A stretch of 64,000 bases of DNA from Lepidodermella squamata (lineage: Eukaryota; Animalia; Gastrotricha). The stretch lies in the NCBI GenBank assembly GCA_047495785.1, contig JBLDXI010000013.1, positions 558,001-622,000 on the forward strand, read 5' to 3'. Both the position numbers and the translations under genes were made by a program. The notes beneath the pieces are model-generated. The model did no database searches, was not told where the DNA came from, and saw only the letters and a program-made list of their open reading frames with translations. This document shows positions 11,320 through 24,122 of this stretch, one piece after another; the stretch's first letter is position 1, and the number at the start of each line of letters is the position of its first letter.

Positions 11320-13213
11320 TCAGATTATTTTGCCTGGATTCATTATATTAGCCGGATCGATTGTTTGCTTAATTGACTTCATTAGTTCGATACCGTCAGG
11401 TCCCACTTCTTCGATCAGCAGCCGGCGTTTTCCGAGACCTATAAGGTTGCAATTATATTTGGGACGCGTGTACTCAAACATTAAGTCGGATTTTACCGAT
11501 GCCATGCTCACCGGTGCATGTTCCGCCGGCTTTAATAGCCCGCAATCCCAGGCAATCTGCATACTTCTTGACGTAGGGCACTTCTTTCACGTAGTCAACA
11601 ATCGGAATTAGCACGTGAAAATTTCCGTCCCCGACGTGACCTATCACAGTCCCCACCAAGTTAAATTCGGATAACCAGCGTTTCGCATCGTCAAGCACAC
11701 CGGGGAGTTGAGAAATCGGTACACATACGTCCGTAACAAAGCACTAGGAATAAATATTTCAATTGATCGATATTCGCGTGAAATGGTCATTATTTAGAGC
11801 AACCTTTGAATTAGGCCTGAGAGCCTGCGCAGCGTATAGCGCATCGTGACGCGCTTTCCAAAGGCGTGACCTTTCATCCGGATCACTGCCAGCTGCGATG
11901 CCTGTCGCGCCATTGACCTCGCATATTTCACCTGAACGAATAAAAATAAATCTGAATCGCAGACATGACAAAAAGCGATCGACCGACTTATCAGCGTTGT
12001 CTGCTCCTGGGACAGCGCTTCACTTGACGTATGAACTTCAAACATCAGCATAGGGGTTTCGGGTTGCTGCAGTTTGCTGTAGCTATTAGACGCCCGAACT
12101 GCTACTTCATCAATGAACTCTGGGCGAAGTGTAAAAAATGTAAAAATAGTATTGCGTTACTAAGAATTTAACCTATCCTCGCCACCGGAATAGCGTTTTT
12201 CATTACATCCACCGCAGCAGTGACAGCTGACAGGGCGTCTGTGAAGTGCGCCACAGAGAAGGCGACGTGTTGCGGCACCGGATGAAGGCGGAGAGTGGCT
12301 TTTGTGATGACTCCCAATGTCCCTTCGGACCCAATAAACAGTTGTGTCAAATTGTATCCAGCGGACGATTTTCTCGCTCTTTTCCCGGGCCCTGCCGTAT
12401 CCACTATTCGGCCATCGGGCAAGACAACTTGAAGGTTTAGCACGTTTTGGCGCATAGTTCCATAGCTGGAGAAAAGATCGCTACGCATGAACAAGTGACG
12501 AGGAAAATTAGGACAAACCGAACTGCCATTGTGCCAGAAGCACCAGTCGCACACATCCCACATAGGCTAGCATCCGCGCCGGGATCTTTTACATATGATC
12601 GATATATAGATTCTAAGACTCAAGCTCTACCTTACCGATTGGGAAATACAAGCCCGTAGATTTCATCACCCTGTTTAGCTCTAATCGAGTTACACCAGCT
12701 TCAACTGCAACATCAAAGTCGTCTATGTTTGGTTCGTGGATCGTTTTCATCAATGACAAGTCAATGCACACAGAGTGAGGAACAACTGCCCCGACACCAG
12801 CCTCCAGGCCAGTGCCTATATCATGCAAGAAACTATTAGTTATAACTATTATCAGCCTATACCTCTGATTCTACTTGCCTGTCCCAAACGGGATCACCGG
12901 TATCTGATTTGAGGCGCACAACTTGATAACTTTTGATACTTGCTCCGTATTCTCGGGGTACACTACGACAGCCGGTGGCATGCAGGTGTGATAAGACTCA
13001 TCCTATACAAGTCCAATACTTCGCTTGACCTTTCATAATGTGAGAAATAGCTCATACTTTGCCGTGTTGCTCTCGCTTTGCTGTAGAATTAGACACGGCA
13101 TGCGACCCGACAATCGCTTCAAAATCTTTCAACAACAGATTCGACACTAGGCCGTAATTCCGTCTAGCATGAAAATGCAACTGAGCCAAGCCTTTACTCA
13201 CCAACCGATTCAT
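11320..13213 (-). CDS. LDHD: Mitochondrial D-lactate dehydrogenase (FAD-binding 4 / FAD-oxidase C), multi-exon
   Basis: [59 protein letters not shown] and [12 protein letters not shown]. One intron has a GC donor (about 12879). Confidence 0.93.
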
Positions 13214-13552
13214 TTAAATATAGTATCTGCTACTTCCTCTAGATGAAAACAAGACAGTATACAGTAAAACTGGAGCGCTTTTATTCTCGGGATTATCGTG
13301 CTATTGTAGCATCATTCACCAATTGGGGGTGGTCACACAGTCGAACCAAAAAAAAACTGACGTAGTAAATACCGATCACACCGGCTACACAACGTGCGAG
13401 CTCATCATGATGACACAACGTCGAAACTAAAGCGATTGAAGGACTTGATTGTTTTCACGAAAAAAAAATAATTACGATTATCAGCGGGTAGAAGAAGAGA
13501 CGACAAAAAGTGCAACGGCACGGAGAAAAATACTCCTTTTCTTTAGTTTTTT

Positions 13553-14894
13553 TCACTTTGAGGTGACAGCGTGGATGGCTTTAGCGACGTACGGCACGTT
13601 CTTCGTCGAAAGGCCTGTGATGCTGATACGCCCGTCGTTGGTCAGGTAGATCGAGTACTCCTTGATCAGCTGCTGAACCTGCTGCTGGTTGAGCCCAGTG
13701 TAGCAGAACATGCCGATCTGGTCGGTGAGATGGTTCCAGTTTCGCTTGCTGCCGGCGCTGTGCAGCGCCTTCTTCAACTCGCTGCGCATGGCGATGAGAC
13801 GACCCGACATTTTCTTCAGCTCCTTCAGCCACTCGGCGCGCAGTTCGGCCTTGGACAGAATCTCAGCGGCAATGCGGGCGCCGTGGACGGGCGGGTTCGA
13901 GTACATCGGACGGATGATAATTTTCAGCTGCGACATACACCGGTCCGCCTCCTCTTTGCTGGCGCAAACCAGGCTGAAAGCGCCGACGCGCTCGCCGTAC
14001 AGGCCCATGTTCTTCGCGTAGCTCTGGCACAGCGCGATCGAGTGGCCGTCGTTGACGAACTGGCGCACGGCGGTGGCGTCGGCTTCGAGATCGCCGGTCG
14101 CGAATCCCTGGTAGGCCATGTCGAAGAATGGGAAGAGGTTGCGCTTCTTGAAAAGAGCGCTCAATTCTTTCCACTGTTCAGGCTTCGGGTCGACACCGGT
14201 TGGATTGTGAGCGCAAGCGTGCAACATGACGCAGCTCTTCTCTGGCAGCTTTGAAATGTCGTCCAGAAGACCCTTGAAATCAAGTCCGCAAGTCTTCGGG
14301 TCGTAGTAGCGGTAGGTCTTCAGACCCATACCCGCATGCTTGACGATGTTACCGTGATTGGCCCAGGTCGGGTTGGGGACATACATGTCCTTGCCAGTGG
14401 CGAAGAACTTTTGCTGCAAAGAAATTCAGAGTCAAATAATTAAGCTAAAAGGTACTTGTAATTGAACTCACCATGAAAGCAATGCCAACACGAAGGGCGC
14501 CAGTTCCAGACAAGCTTTGAACGACAGCGATGCGATTGTCGACAATAGCTGCGGACTTGTCGCCTAGAGCAAGGGCAATGGAGTGCTTCTTGAACTCTGC
14601 GAGGCCGTCGATCGGCAGATACTCCTTGTCGAGATTGCGCTCGGCAATCGCCTTCTCGGCTTTTTTCACGCACTCGAGAACGTAGGGCTTGCCGGCGTCA
14701 TCGCGGTAAGCACCGGCGCCGAGACTCACCTTATTCGGATTCGAGTCTTTCTTATACGCCTCCGTCAGACCGAGAATCGCGTCGGGAGGACCCATTTCAA
14801 CGCCGGACCACCAGCCGGTTGAGGCGCATCGAATAGCCATGATCTGCGTGGCTTTCGGGGCCAAGCCCAAGCGTACAGCCGAAAGAGCCGACAT
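13553..14894 (-). CDS. GOT2: Mitochondrial aspartate aminotransferase, 2 exons
   Basis: Presequence followed by [49 protein letters not shown] (PLP lysine) and DGRIS. Confidence 0.97.
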
Positions 14895-15144
14895 GGCGAA
14901 AAACAAGCAACAGGAGTAAAAGGCCTAAAAACAATACACGCAAAATGCAATTCGGTGTCTTTTATTCAAAATCTTTCCTCTAAAAATGTATTTATATGAG
15001 ATGGAATTTACATCGCCAAAGTCTTTGTAATGATTGATTGAAAAACAAATGTGTCAATTCTTTGCGCCAGTCGATGTCCAAAGCCCATGTCGTAAATAAC
15101 ACATAGCACGTGTCAAAATTTTGACAAGCCCATGTCAATTATCA

Positions 15145-17528
15145 TCAGCTGTAGTAAGGACGCCGCGGGTTGTTTAGCGGATTGGGCCGGAATCGGTACG
15201 CCAGCATCATGCGTTTACGATACGCGTCGAATTCGTTATCTTGCTCTGAAAGATTGAAGTCATTTGGAAGGGGGGCAGACGCCCCAGTTTGGCCTTGGAA
15301 GTTGTTCGGCTGCACACCAGGAACGTCAAAAGGAGCGGCACTCATGCCAGATGGCCCGGAACCGTCGCCTAGGTAGCCCAAGCCCCGACCGACGGGCTCA
15401 ACGATGCCTTGCCCGGCAGATCCAAGGCCTTCGCCCTCTTTCCAGCCAAGCTTTTGAAGCATTTGATAGCCGACATTTTCGCAGGTCAATTTGAACTGCT
15501 CGTAGTCGGAAGTGCGAGGTTTGCGACCTTCTTTCAGCGCCTGGAACGTCTCCATGAACTTGACCAGCTCTTCGGGAGGGATGAAATCGCCGATATGGTG
15601 CTTGCCACTACCCATCTCGTCTAAACTGCAAGCCCAGTCTAAACAGCAGGAGTTAGTTTTCAGCTAAAATTAGCTATTTAAAAGTTACCTCTTGTGGCTT
15701 CCATTTCTGCACGCCTAGTCTTGTGTTCCCAAGTGCCCTCTTCATCGATTTCTTCGTCAGAGTCGTAAGCGTATTTCGGGCCGGTTTTCTGCGGCTTCAT
15801 GTTTGGAAGTGGAATTTGGCCACATTTCATCGCCATCGCGGCCCGTTGAGCGTTCTGTCTCGCGCGAATGTAATCTTCCATAGCCCGCAATTGCTGCTGT
15901 TCCTGCAACTGCTTCATTTGATCAGCTTTCGCCGACAAGTTCTTCGCGATCATCGCAGCTATTGATTTAGGCGAGGGTATCGAGGGAACTTGCGGTTGCG
16001 GGGAGCCTTCGGAATATGGAGATCTAGAGCGAGATCGCTTGCCTGCACTTGATTCGTCACCTTCAGCCCAGCGGCTCTTCCGCGCGCGCTCAGCTTTCAC
16101 TCGTGTCTCAGAAGACTCCGAAGAACGTCGAGATCTCTTAGCTGTGTTTTGAACGCTGAATTCCTCTTCTTGCTGCTCCTGCTTGAACTCTTGTTTCACT
16201 TGCTGCTCTTCTTCATCGCTATCCCCTGTCGGTTCCAGTGGGTCGTATGGCTCGTCGTCTTCATTTTTGATCTCAGGTTCAGCGGGTGGAGGAGGTGGCG
16301 GGGGACTGGAAAAATTAAAGCACTCAGGACTATAGAGTTAAAAGTTAAGTAGAAACAACATACGGAGGCGGTAAAGGAAGCCCAGTCATGCCGGTAAACG
16401 GCGGAGGGAATCTACCAGGTTGTTGGTATTGTGGGTTAGGCGGAGGATAATTACCAGGCATCGGGAAACCAGGTGGCGGCATTTGATGATGAGGCCAGCC
16501 ATTTGGCGGATACGGCATGAAAGGCCCGCGAGGAGGATGATGCATCCCAGGTCTAAAATGCGGAGGTGGAAACGGTGCCTGGCCTGGTGGTAAGCCGTAC
16601 TGGGGTTGGAAGGGTGGTCGCTGATGAGGCGGCATCCGATAGTATGGATCCATATGAGGCGGCGGGCGAGCGAAATGAGGTGGCATTCCATGAGGTTGTG
16701 GTGGGTAGTTTTGAGGATCTGGATCTTCACACTCGAGAGGTTCCTCTGGGTTATAGTCTTCTGCTCCCTCCTGGTCCTCCTCGTAATATTCTTCGGTTTC
16801 CTCCTGTTCTTGTCCTTTATCTTGCTCGTAATATTCTTCTTCAGCGTCCAGCTGCTCAGCCTCATATTCCTGAGCACTTTCCCCGTTAGGTGGCTCTTCT
16901 TCAGCTGGAAGGGCTGCTTTTGGCACTTCAGAAGCTGCAACTGGATTACCTAAAATTAGAAGCAAGATGTAATTGTATGAATAAGTTTAATTAGAAAGTT
17001 AACTGACCTTTGTTCTGCTGCAAAAGCTGGAAAGCTTTCAGAAACGATCCATCATTTGAGAATGCGTTTTGAAGCTGTGGAGTCACGAGCTTCGGAGCTG
17101 GTGGACCTGAAACACAGTGGTTTCGGCTAGAAGCAGAAAACCACAAACGAAAAGCATTAGTAATGCTAGAAAAGCTACAAATCAGCGACACAAACTTAGC
17201 GGGCGTGGATGAGCCCTGGAGAGAATTTTTCTTTGAAGATTGTGCATCCGTAGGTAATGACGATGTCATCGCCTTCTGCTGTTCTATAAGCTTTTGCTAA
17301 AGAGATTATAGAGAATTTAGTTAATCAGTGTCACGATGCTCATGAGCTTCATTCCTTTCAGTTAATTTGTCGCTAGTTGAACGTTTTACGGTTCGATGCA
17401 AAAGGTACTGAAGCTCAAAAAATTATGCAACTTACCCCGAGAACTTTCTGGTCGAGCATTGCTTTCTTGCGCTGAATGAGCTCCTCCTGTCTCTCTATTT
17501 CTTTAAGCTTCTCTTTGAATCGATGCAT
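15145..17528 (-). CDS. SUGP1: SUGP1/SF4 G-patch splicing factor, multi-exon
   Basis: [50 protein letters not shown], the G-patch [19 protein letters not shown] and the terminal [16 protein letters not shown]. Confidence 0.92.
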
Positions 17529-17847
17529 TGTATTCCAAAGAGATACTGATATAAAATTTCTAATTGAAAAAAACAAATTCTCAGTTTAGTTATTGCATTT
17601 ACATGTGGATTTTAAATTATTCGGTATTGATGCAAATTTTTTTAAATAGTAAAACCGAGCGTTAGTTGATGATAGTAAGCAGCGGTCCAACAATAGCACG
17701 AGTATAAAAATCGAAGATGTTAATTATCGTCACCGCAATGACGTTTGAACAATGGCTAATCATGAATTTAGAAAGACGCGCACAAATTGTGCAAATATCA
17801 ACAACAAATCGTAACAAATAGGAATCATAGCACTTGTTAAGAATAGT

Positions 17848-18845
17848 CTAATGCTCATCATCAGTATGGTCGGTAACATCCTCAGCAATCAGCTTGTTGT
17901 GTTCGGTCATCAGTCCCTTGAAGTACTTGACAGTTTTAACTTTGAGTTCAAGAGTAGCGTCTTCATCACAAATGAAAAAAGTTTTTGGATGCATTTGAAA
18001 AGCAGAAACCGTCCACATGTGGTTAACGCCCTCTGAAATAGAATTATTACCTATCATTTACATCTGACATGATAAAAGCTACCTTCAATCGCCTTGTGAA
18101 GAGCGAGCGCCTTATGAGCCCCAGTGATCAGAATCATGACTTCGCGAGCATCCTGATAAGGTAATGTGAAATATTCATAAGATACGCCCCAGGGAAACAA
18201 ATGGAACATACCATGACAGTACCAACTCCGACGGTGAGGGCTAAAGTCGGAACTTTGGACAAGTCATTGTCAAAAAAGCGCGCATTTGCTAAGATTGTTT
18301 CACGCGCAAGAGTTTTTACACGTGTTCTTGATACCAAGCTAGATCCCGGCTCGTTGAAAGCAATATGACCATCTGAAATAAATTTGCTATCAGCCGTTAG
18401 GGAGCTATTTGAAGAAAAACTAACCAGGTCCAATGCCTCCGATAAAGAGGTCAATGCCCCCAGCTTCGCGTATCTTCTCTTCAAAAGCTTCGCATTCCTT
18501 GGCCAAATCTGTGGCGTTACCATCGAGAATGTGAGCATTAGCAGGATCAATATCGATGTGCCTGAAGAAATTCTCCCACATAAACGTTTTGTAGCTTTCT
18601 GGGTGCCCTGGGGGTAATCCAACGTATTCATCCATGTTAAAGGTCTTCACATATTTGAAAGAAATTCTGCCAGCCTTGTGATAGCTGATTAGCGCTTTGT
18701 ACATCCCCAATGGAGTCGATCCGGTGGGCAGTCCGAGAGTGAAATACCGGTTTGGTCCAGGGTTAAATTTCCGGATTTTCTTGCGTATATATCGAGCCGC
18801 CCAATCGCTGACAAGCTTATAATCCTCAAGAATTATCAACCTCAT
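17848..18845 (-). CDS. GNPDA: Glucosamine-6-phosphate deaminase, 4 exons
   Basis: [43 protein letters not shown] and [13 protein letters not shown]. Confidence 0.97.
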
Positions 18846-20282
18846 GACTGGTCTAGGGAATGAAGTACTTTGTAATTGAAAGTTGAATCTAATTTAGGTT
18901 CGAGCTAAATCGAGCACAGTAATCTAGCTGTTGAGGCTAAGGTTGAACAAGGAACGGTTGAAAGACATTGCCCTTTTACAATAACGAATTTAATCGCGCC
19001 AAGCAATAAGTTTCGTTATATTTGCTACATTCGAGTTCGCTATAGCAAGTATGGCCTGGTAAATTGTCCAACGTTTGGTACGTCATTATTTCATTGAAGT
19101 CCGATATCTATGCATTTAATTTAACGCTATTGCAAGAAATTACAAAGCGCAAAACGGTACCAACGCAAATCCGAATTCATTGTTTTTGACGGTTAATAAA
19201 CAGTAAAAAGTATAACAAGTAACTGACTTCAGAAGCAGTATAGGAATATGCAGAAATATGGTGCAACCAAGATTATTTGAAAGCAACATAAGACTGGCGG
19301 ACTAGGAACCACATATTTTACGCAGCGTACGAGCCAAGTTTACATGCTGATCTTTAGAATTCATAAAAAGCTTCCTTGATCAAAGGATAAGGATAAGGGT
19401 TAAAGATTTAATCATTACACAAGGCATGAAAAAGGGCATGACTGCAAACTAACAACGCGGTGAAGATGAATTTAGTTATAGGGTGACAGTGACATTTTTG
19501 TACGATTATGTAAATTTTCCAATTTTCTGCTCACAGGAAGCATACTTGAGCAGATACCAGTCGCTCGTTATCTGGCAGGATTTACGTCTACAGTTAACAA
19601 CTTCAGACTGAGCAAAGGGGCCTGGACCACTACAGTTGTCAGTTGTTACCGAGTTTTCCAGGGTCCAGACACCATATCATTAGCCATCATGTAAAACCTA
19701 AGCACTATGATCGCTTCTATCATGCTTTATGTTCCCCATTTCCAACCAGTTACACCTTACTTCTTACTAATGGCATAAAGCATCAAGCCCTGCTTCATAA
19801 AAAATATTGAATTCAACAACATATAGCAAGCATCGCTAACAATATTAAAACACCGACAACCTACAACCTACGACTTCATAAGCGGCTTCGACAAATGACA
19901 AATGACATGAATGGTCAATGGCCCATAACAACCTGAGTAACCTGCAACCTGAAACCCGCAAAACCCTCATCACGCGCCACTGCGCATAGCGACTGGCAAC
20001 GCAAAGTTTGCGATCGTAAGCCATCTATCCATGCTCCATGCATCGGTCGCAAAAACTGCACACAGCATCGTGGAAGGTTAGGGATTAAGGACTCGAAGCG
20101 AGACGCCGCGGATATAATCGAAAAAACAGTATGGGAGCAAATGAAATATGTTAATCTATTTAGACCTCGACATATTTAAAAATTTTATGGCGTTAAAAAA
20201 TAGAAAAAAAATTAATAATTAAATTTGGAAAAGTATAAATGCCCTCTAAGAGCAAAAATAATGAGAATAAATTAAAAGAAGT

Positions 20283-22065
20283 AGTTTTGTCTGCATTTCT
20301 CCACGTGTTTTCATTCATGTTCTTGGCATTCTACGCGTTTTTTGTCTAGTGGCAAAGTGCTGAATGCTGTCTGTTTCCCGTTTGGCCTGATTTTCTGACT
20401 TGATGTTTTCTTTCAGCTTGGTCCTATAACATGACAATACGCACACGTATGACAGCTTCTCTTTGATCATGTTTTTATTTTTTATTGCTGCTAATCAGTT
20501 TCGTGACTTGTGAGTTTTGAGTTTACACTATGAAACTTGCTATCAGAGCTTCTTTGAGATTGGACATCATTTTCTTTCATTATGCATCTTAGCACTGTCC
20601 TAGTATAATGCCATGGTCATGAATTCTTATTTAATTTGCTTACATTAGCCTGGACGAAGCTCATTTTAGATTTAATCATGTAACACAATGAATTTTGATC
20701 TTTGAGCTTTGAGCCATGTTTTCGATTGTCTTAACTGACTCGTCATGTAGCTGTTTCATGTCTTAAGCTTTGTTAGTGCTAGATTTAAGCCGTCGTGATT
20801 CTTCGATGCCTTCAATGCGTCATTTCATTTGATTCCATTCATCATGGCTTTCTAACCCAATAAATTGTTCAACAGTACATCATCTATGATAACTTCCTGG
20901 GCGTCCTTGGGATTTTTTTGTAATTCTTCTTGGATCTAGTTGTCAAACACTGGGGTGAATCTTAATAGCTAAACATGGAATGCTTGTAGTTTTCTAACTG
21001 CTAGTGACAGGATAATGCTGTGGTGGAACTTCGATAATTGGTTCAATTTGGAAGATTTTTCATTCGTGTTTTTGACAGTGACTCTTGTTAAGTTAGTCAA
21101 GAAAGTCAGTTACTTGATAGCTTGCATTCACCGAGTTCCATTATTTATTCACGTAGATCCACAGGCTTTCTTGTTTCGCTAATCAAGATTGAATTTGGAT
21201 TACTCGTTACATTTCCGTTGTCGAGTTTCACTTCACATTGTCGATTCAAGTGTTAACTGATAGTCTTCCTGTTATTGAAGTTCTTCATGATTTACGTCAA
21301 CGTATTAATTCTTGTATCAGTAATGATTTCTAGGGCCTAGTCTATGAGGTGTGCTGGTTTAAAATTGCGCACTAATTTTAAAATTTCAGGATCATGTCTC
21401 GGAGAAGCTTTGAGCTTTACTTAATTCCTCTTAGCCTCCGTTGTTTCAATTACTTTCTATTAAAGGTCTATTATCACTAGCTTATTTAACTACTCGTAAT
21501 GTTTTTCTTTGGATTTACATAGATTAAATTTATTGAATACTGAAATAAGCGATGGTACGATTATGCCGATAATTAGCGATCCTCAACGAAGCTACTTCGA
21601 TTTTGTCAATCCAGTTTTCTAAATGGACATCTTGGCTGAAAAAGCGGGTTGCTAATGGCCAACAATTGCCGCTTCAGCATGCTTGCATCATGGAATCTCC
21701 TAAGCGTTCATTCTGCATTAAATGCTGACGAAAATCGTCGAGTTTCAACGTTCATGAATGTTGCTCAGAATCGTATTCTGCGGTCGGTCTTCATCTGAAG
21801 GGTCAGTACTGGAGCATTTCTGGGTCACTCTAGAACGAGCTGGCATGCCAATTCGTTGCTATGGCTTCGGTTACGTGACAATTGCGTCTGATTTATCAAG
21901 CACCTGAGAACGATAGTGGTTCCTGATTGATCAAAATTCATTGACGTTGTAAGGAATACCTACCTGCTTGACTGCAGTTGCATTCTTTTCAAGATCGACG
22001 CTATTATTACAAACTGTCATGCAAATCTATGGTCTATTGAATTGCTAATTCAATTTTGTAATGAT
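20283..22065 (+). pseudogene. Heavily mutated relic, possibly F-box/LRR-like
   Basis: The frame from 20283 reads ISPRVFIHVLGIL...KC*MLSVSRL (loosely F-box-like) with many stops. An intron-like GT...ACTAAT...TTTCAG lies at about 21349-21389. The region is CpG-poor and T-rich. Confidence 0.3.
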
Positions 22066-24122
22066 TAATATCATTTGTGAATGCCTGTTTTGAATGACTG
22101 AAGAGTTTCTGAATAAAATATTGAGCGTATAACTTTACCGTGTTGATTTATTGGTGAGTATCGATGGTTCCAGTTACAACAGGGGCAGAAATGATTCATT
22201 AACGAGCTGGAAAGCAATCTAGGTCCATATCCGCCACCAGGCCCCGCAAAATCCTAAAAATGTGGTTACCGCGCTTTCAACAAACCGCTAGCCTACACTA
22301 GTTAGCAAATTATAGCACAAGGTTGCATGGCATGACTTGCTGAATGCGGCAGCAATCGATTCTACATCTTACAAGACCGCTAACACAGCCCCAGGCACGG
22401 TCCGGTTCCGCAAGTGGGGCAACGAAACGTTGCCAGCTGCGGCTCTTGGCAACAAACTGCGGTGAATCAGCTGTAACTCTTTTTTCGGGAGCAAATACAG
22501 GCAGACTACCAGGAAAGAAACAGACAAGGTGTGACTGTTGCTTGAAAAAGCACGCAAAAATAACCCGCAAGGAGCACTGAACGACGCTATAACCTCGCAA
22601 CCAATGTAGAAACCGGCTAAATTCGCATGCAGCGAGATTTGTCAATTAATATGCATTAATTGTTGTAGATTACTGTATTATAATGTTCAAAATTTTTGCA
22701 TGATGCTAAAAACGAAAATGAAATTTTTGAAATCGTGTACTCGAACCCGCCCATTACGTTAGTCTGGCGGTGAATTTTAGTTTTCGCTGGTACCATACTG
22801 AATGCGCCGCAAAACCGCAGAAAATAAAACTGTGAAAACCAAAATGTTGATGTATTGCGTATGGTAAAAAGTTACTAATAATAGGTTACAGAGTTATTTA
22901 AATATTTTTTACATGCTTTTAATTGTTATAAATGCCGCAGTTTTCTCTGCAAAAAATCTTTTTCTTCCTCTCCCGGCGCAGCCTTCTCTCCTGCGTGCTC
23001 CTGATTCCTAGAGCGAGCAAAGCGCAATATCTTTTCTTGCATTAATGAGCTTTATCTTAACTATCGATCTTCCGCCTATGTGGACAACTGAGCTCCCTCG
23101 CGGCCCACGCGACCCTCTGAACCGCAGCGCCTTTGCCAGTGTCAACTTTGCATTGCACCGAAGCATCCATTGCGAAGGCTTAGTGCCCTGTAAAAGAACT
23201 GCTTGCATAGTGACGCCGCGATATTGCGTCTCTCAAAAAACACCCAAGAATGTTTTGTATATCATATCCAAGTAACTGCTTAATGTGCTGTGCTCTTCTT
23301 CAGCACACTAGAATTAAGTCTTTTCATAGTGGGCTCTTTTTCAAACTTCGTTAATATTTTGTGTATTGCTTTATCAAAAAGGGGACAACAATTTTGTCTT
23401 GGCTAAATAAATGATGAATTTTTCAATCAATTTTCGATCATTTTCAAATGCGAGCTGCGTTCGATTCCAACCAAAGCTAAAGCAGCCAGACGTGCTCCAT
23501 TGTCAATAAGATCAATAAGATGGATATCGGATTAACAAAATCTGTTCAAGAATATCTCAAAACAAAAAACACGTTTGTTTTATTTTTGTAAATTATGAAA
23601 AATCGTCGGATTCGCCGACAATGAACATTGCACAATGAGACGTAAAAAGATTTCATCATATAGCACATGGAGGCATATAATATAAGTATATGTATCATAT
23701 TCAATCAAATTCATTGTGCCCTCTTCAAATTTTGATATAACGCGCTTCCACTTCCCGATATATGCTTCGGAAGTCAATAAATTATTTCAAACAAATCAGC
23801 TCGACGCCGGCGATGAAAAACTACGATGGGACAGGGCTCTGTTTATCTATTGCCCCTGAATATATCCAAGCAACAAGACTATCGTCATAATGGCACGTTT
23901 GCATAGAGCATAGAGTGTTTTGCAAATTCGAAATCCGACGTGAAGCTTCCCAAGTTGGAAGGATTAGGTTGCAGCTGGGATGATTGAATGATTGACTGAT
24001 AAGAAACAGTTAGGCAACAAGCATTTGCATGAAGGGATGGCTAAATTTAACGCGTTATTAACATGGGGAATTTCACAGCATTCAAATAATTTATATATTT
24101 ATATGTATAACCTATAATTATT

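Noticed and set aside
13571-14254. 227-aa + strand ORF
   Set aside because: Antisense shadow of the codon-biased GOT2 gene.
18846-22310. Alternative genetic code (stop reassignment) as the cause of the ORF-free region
   Set aside because: All three stop codons are scattered through it, and neighbouring genes use TAA, TAG and TGA as true stops.
22735-22775. Reverse B-box-like GGTTCGAG with an adjacent hairpin
   Set aside because: No tRNA cloverleaf can be formed.
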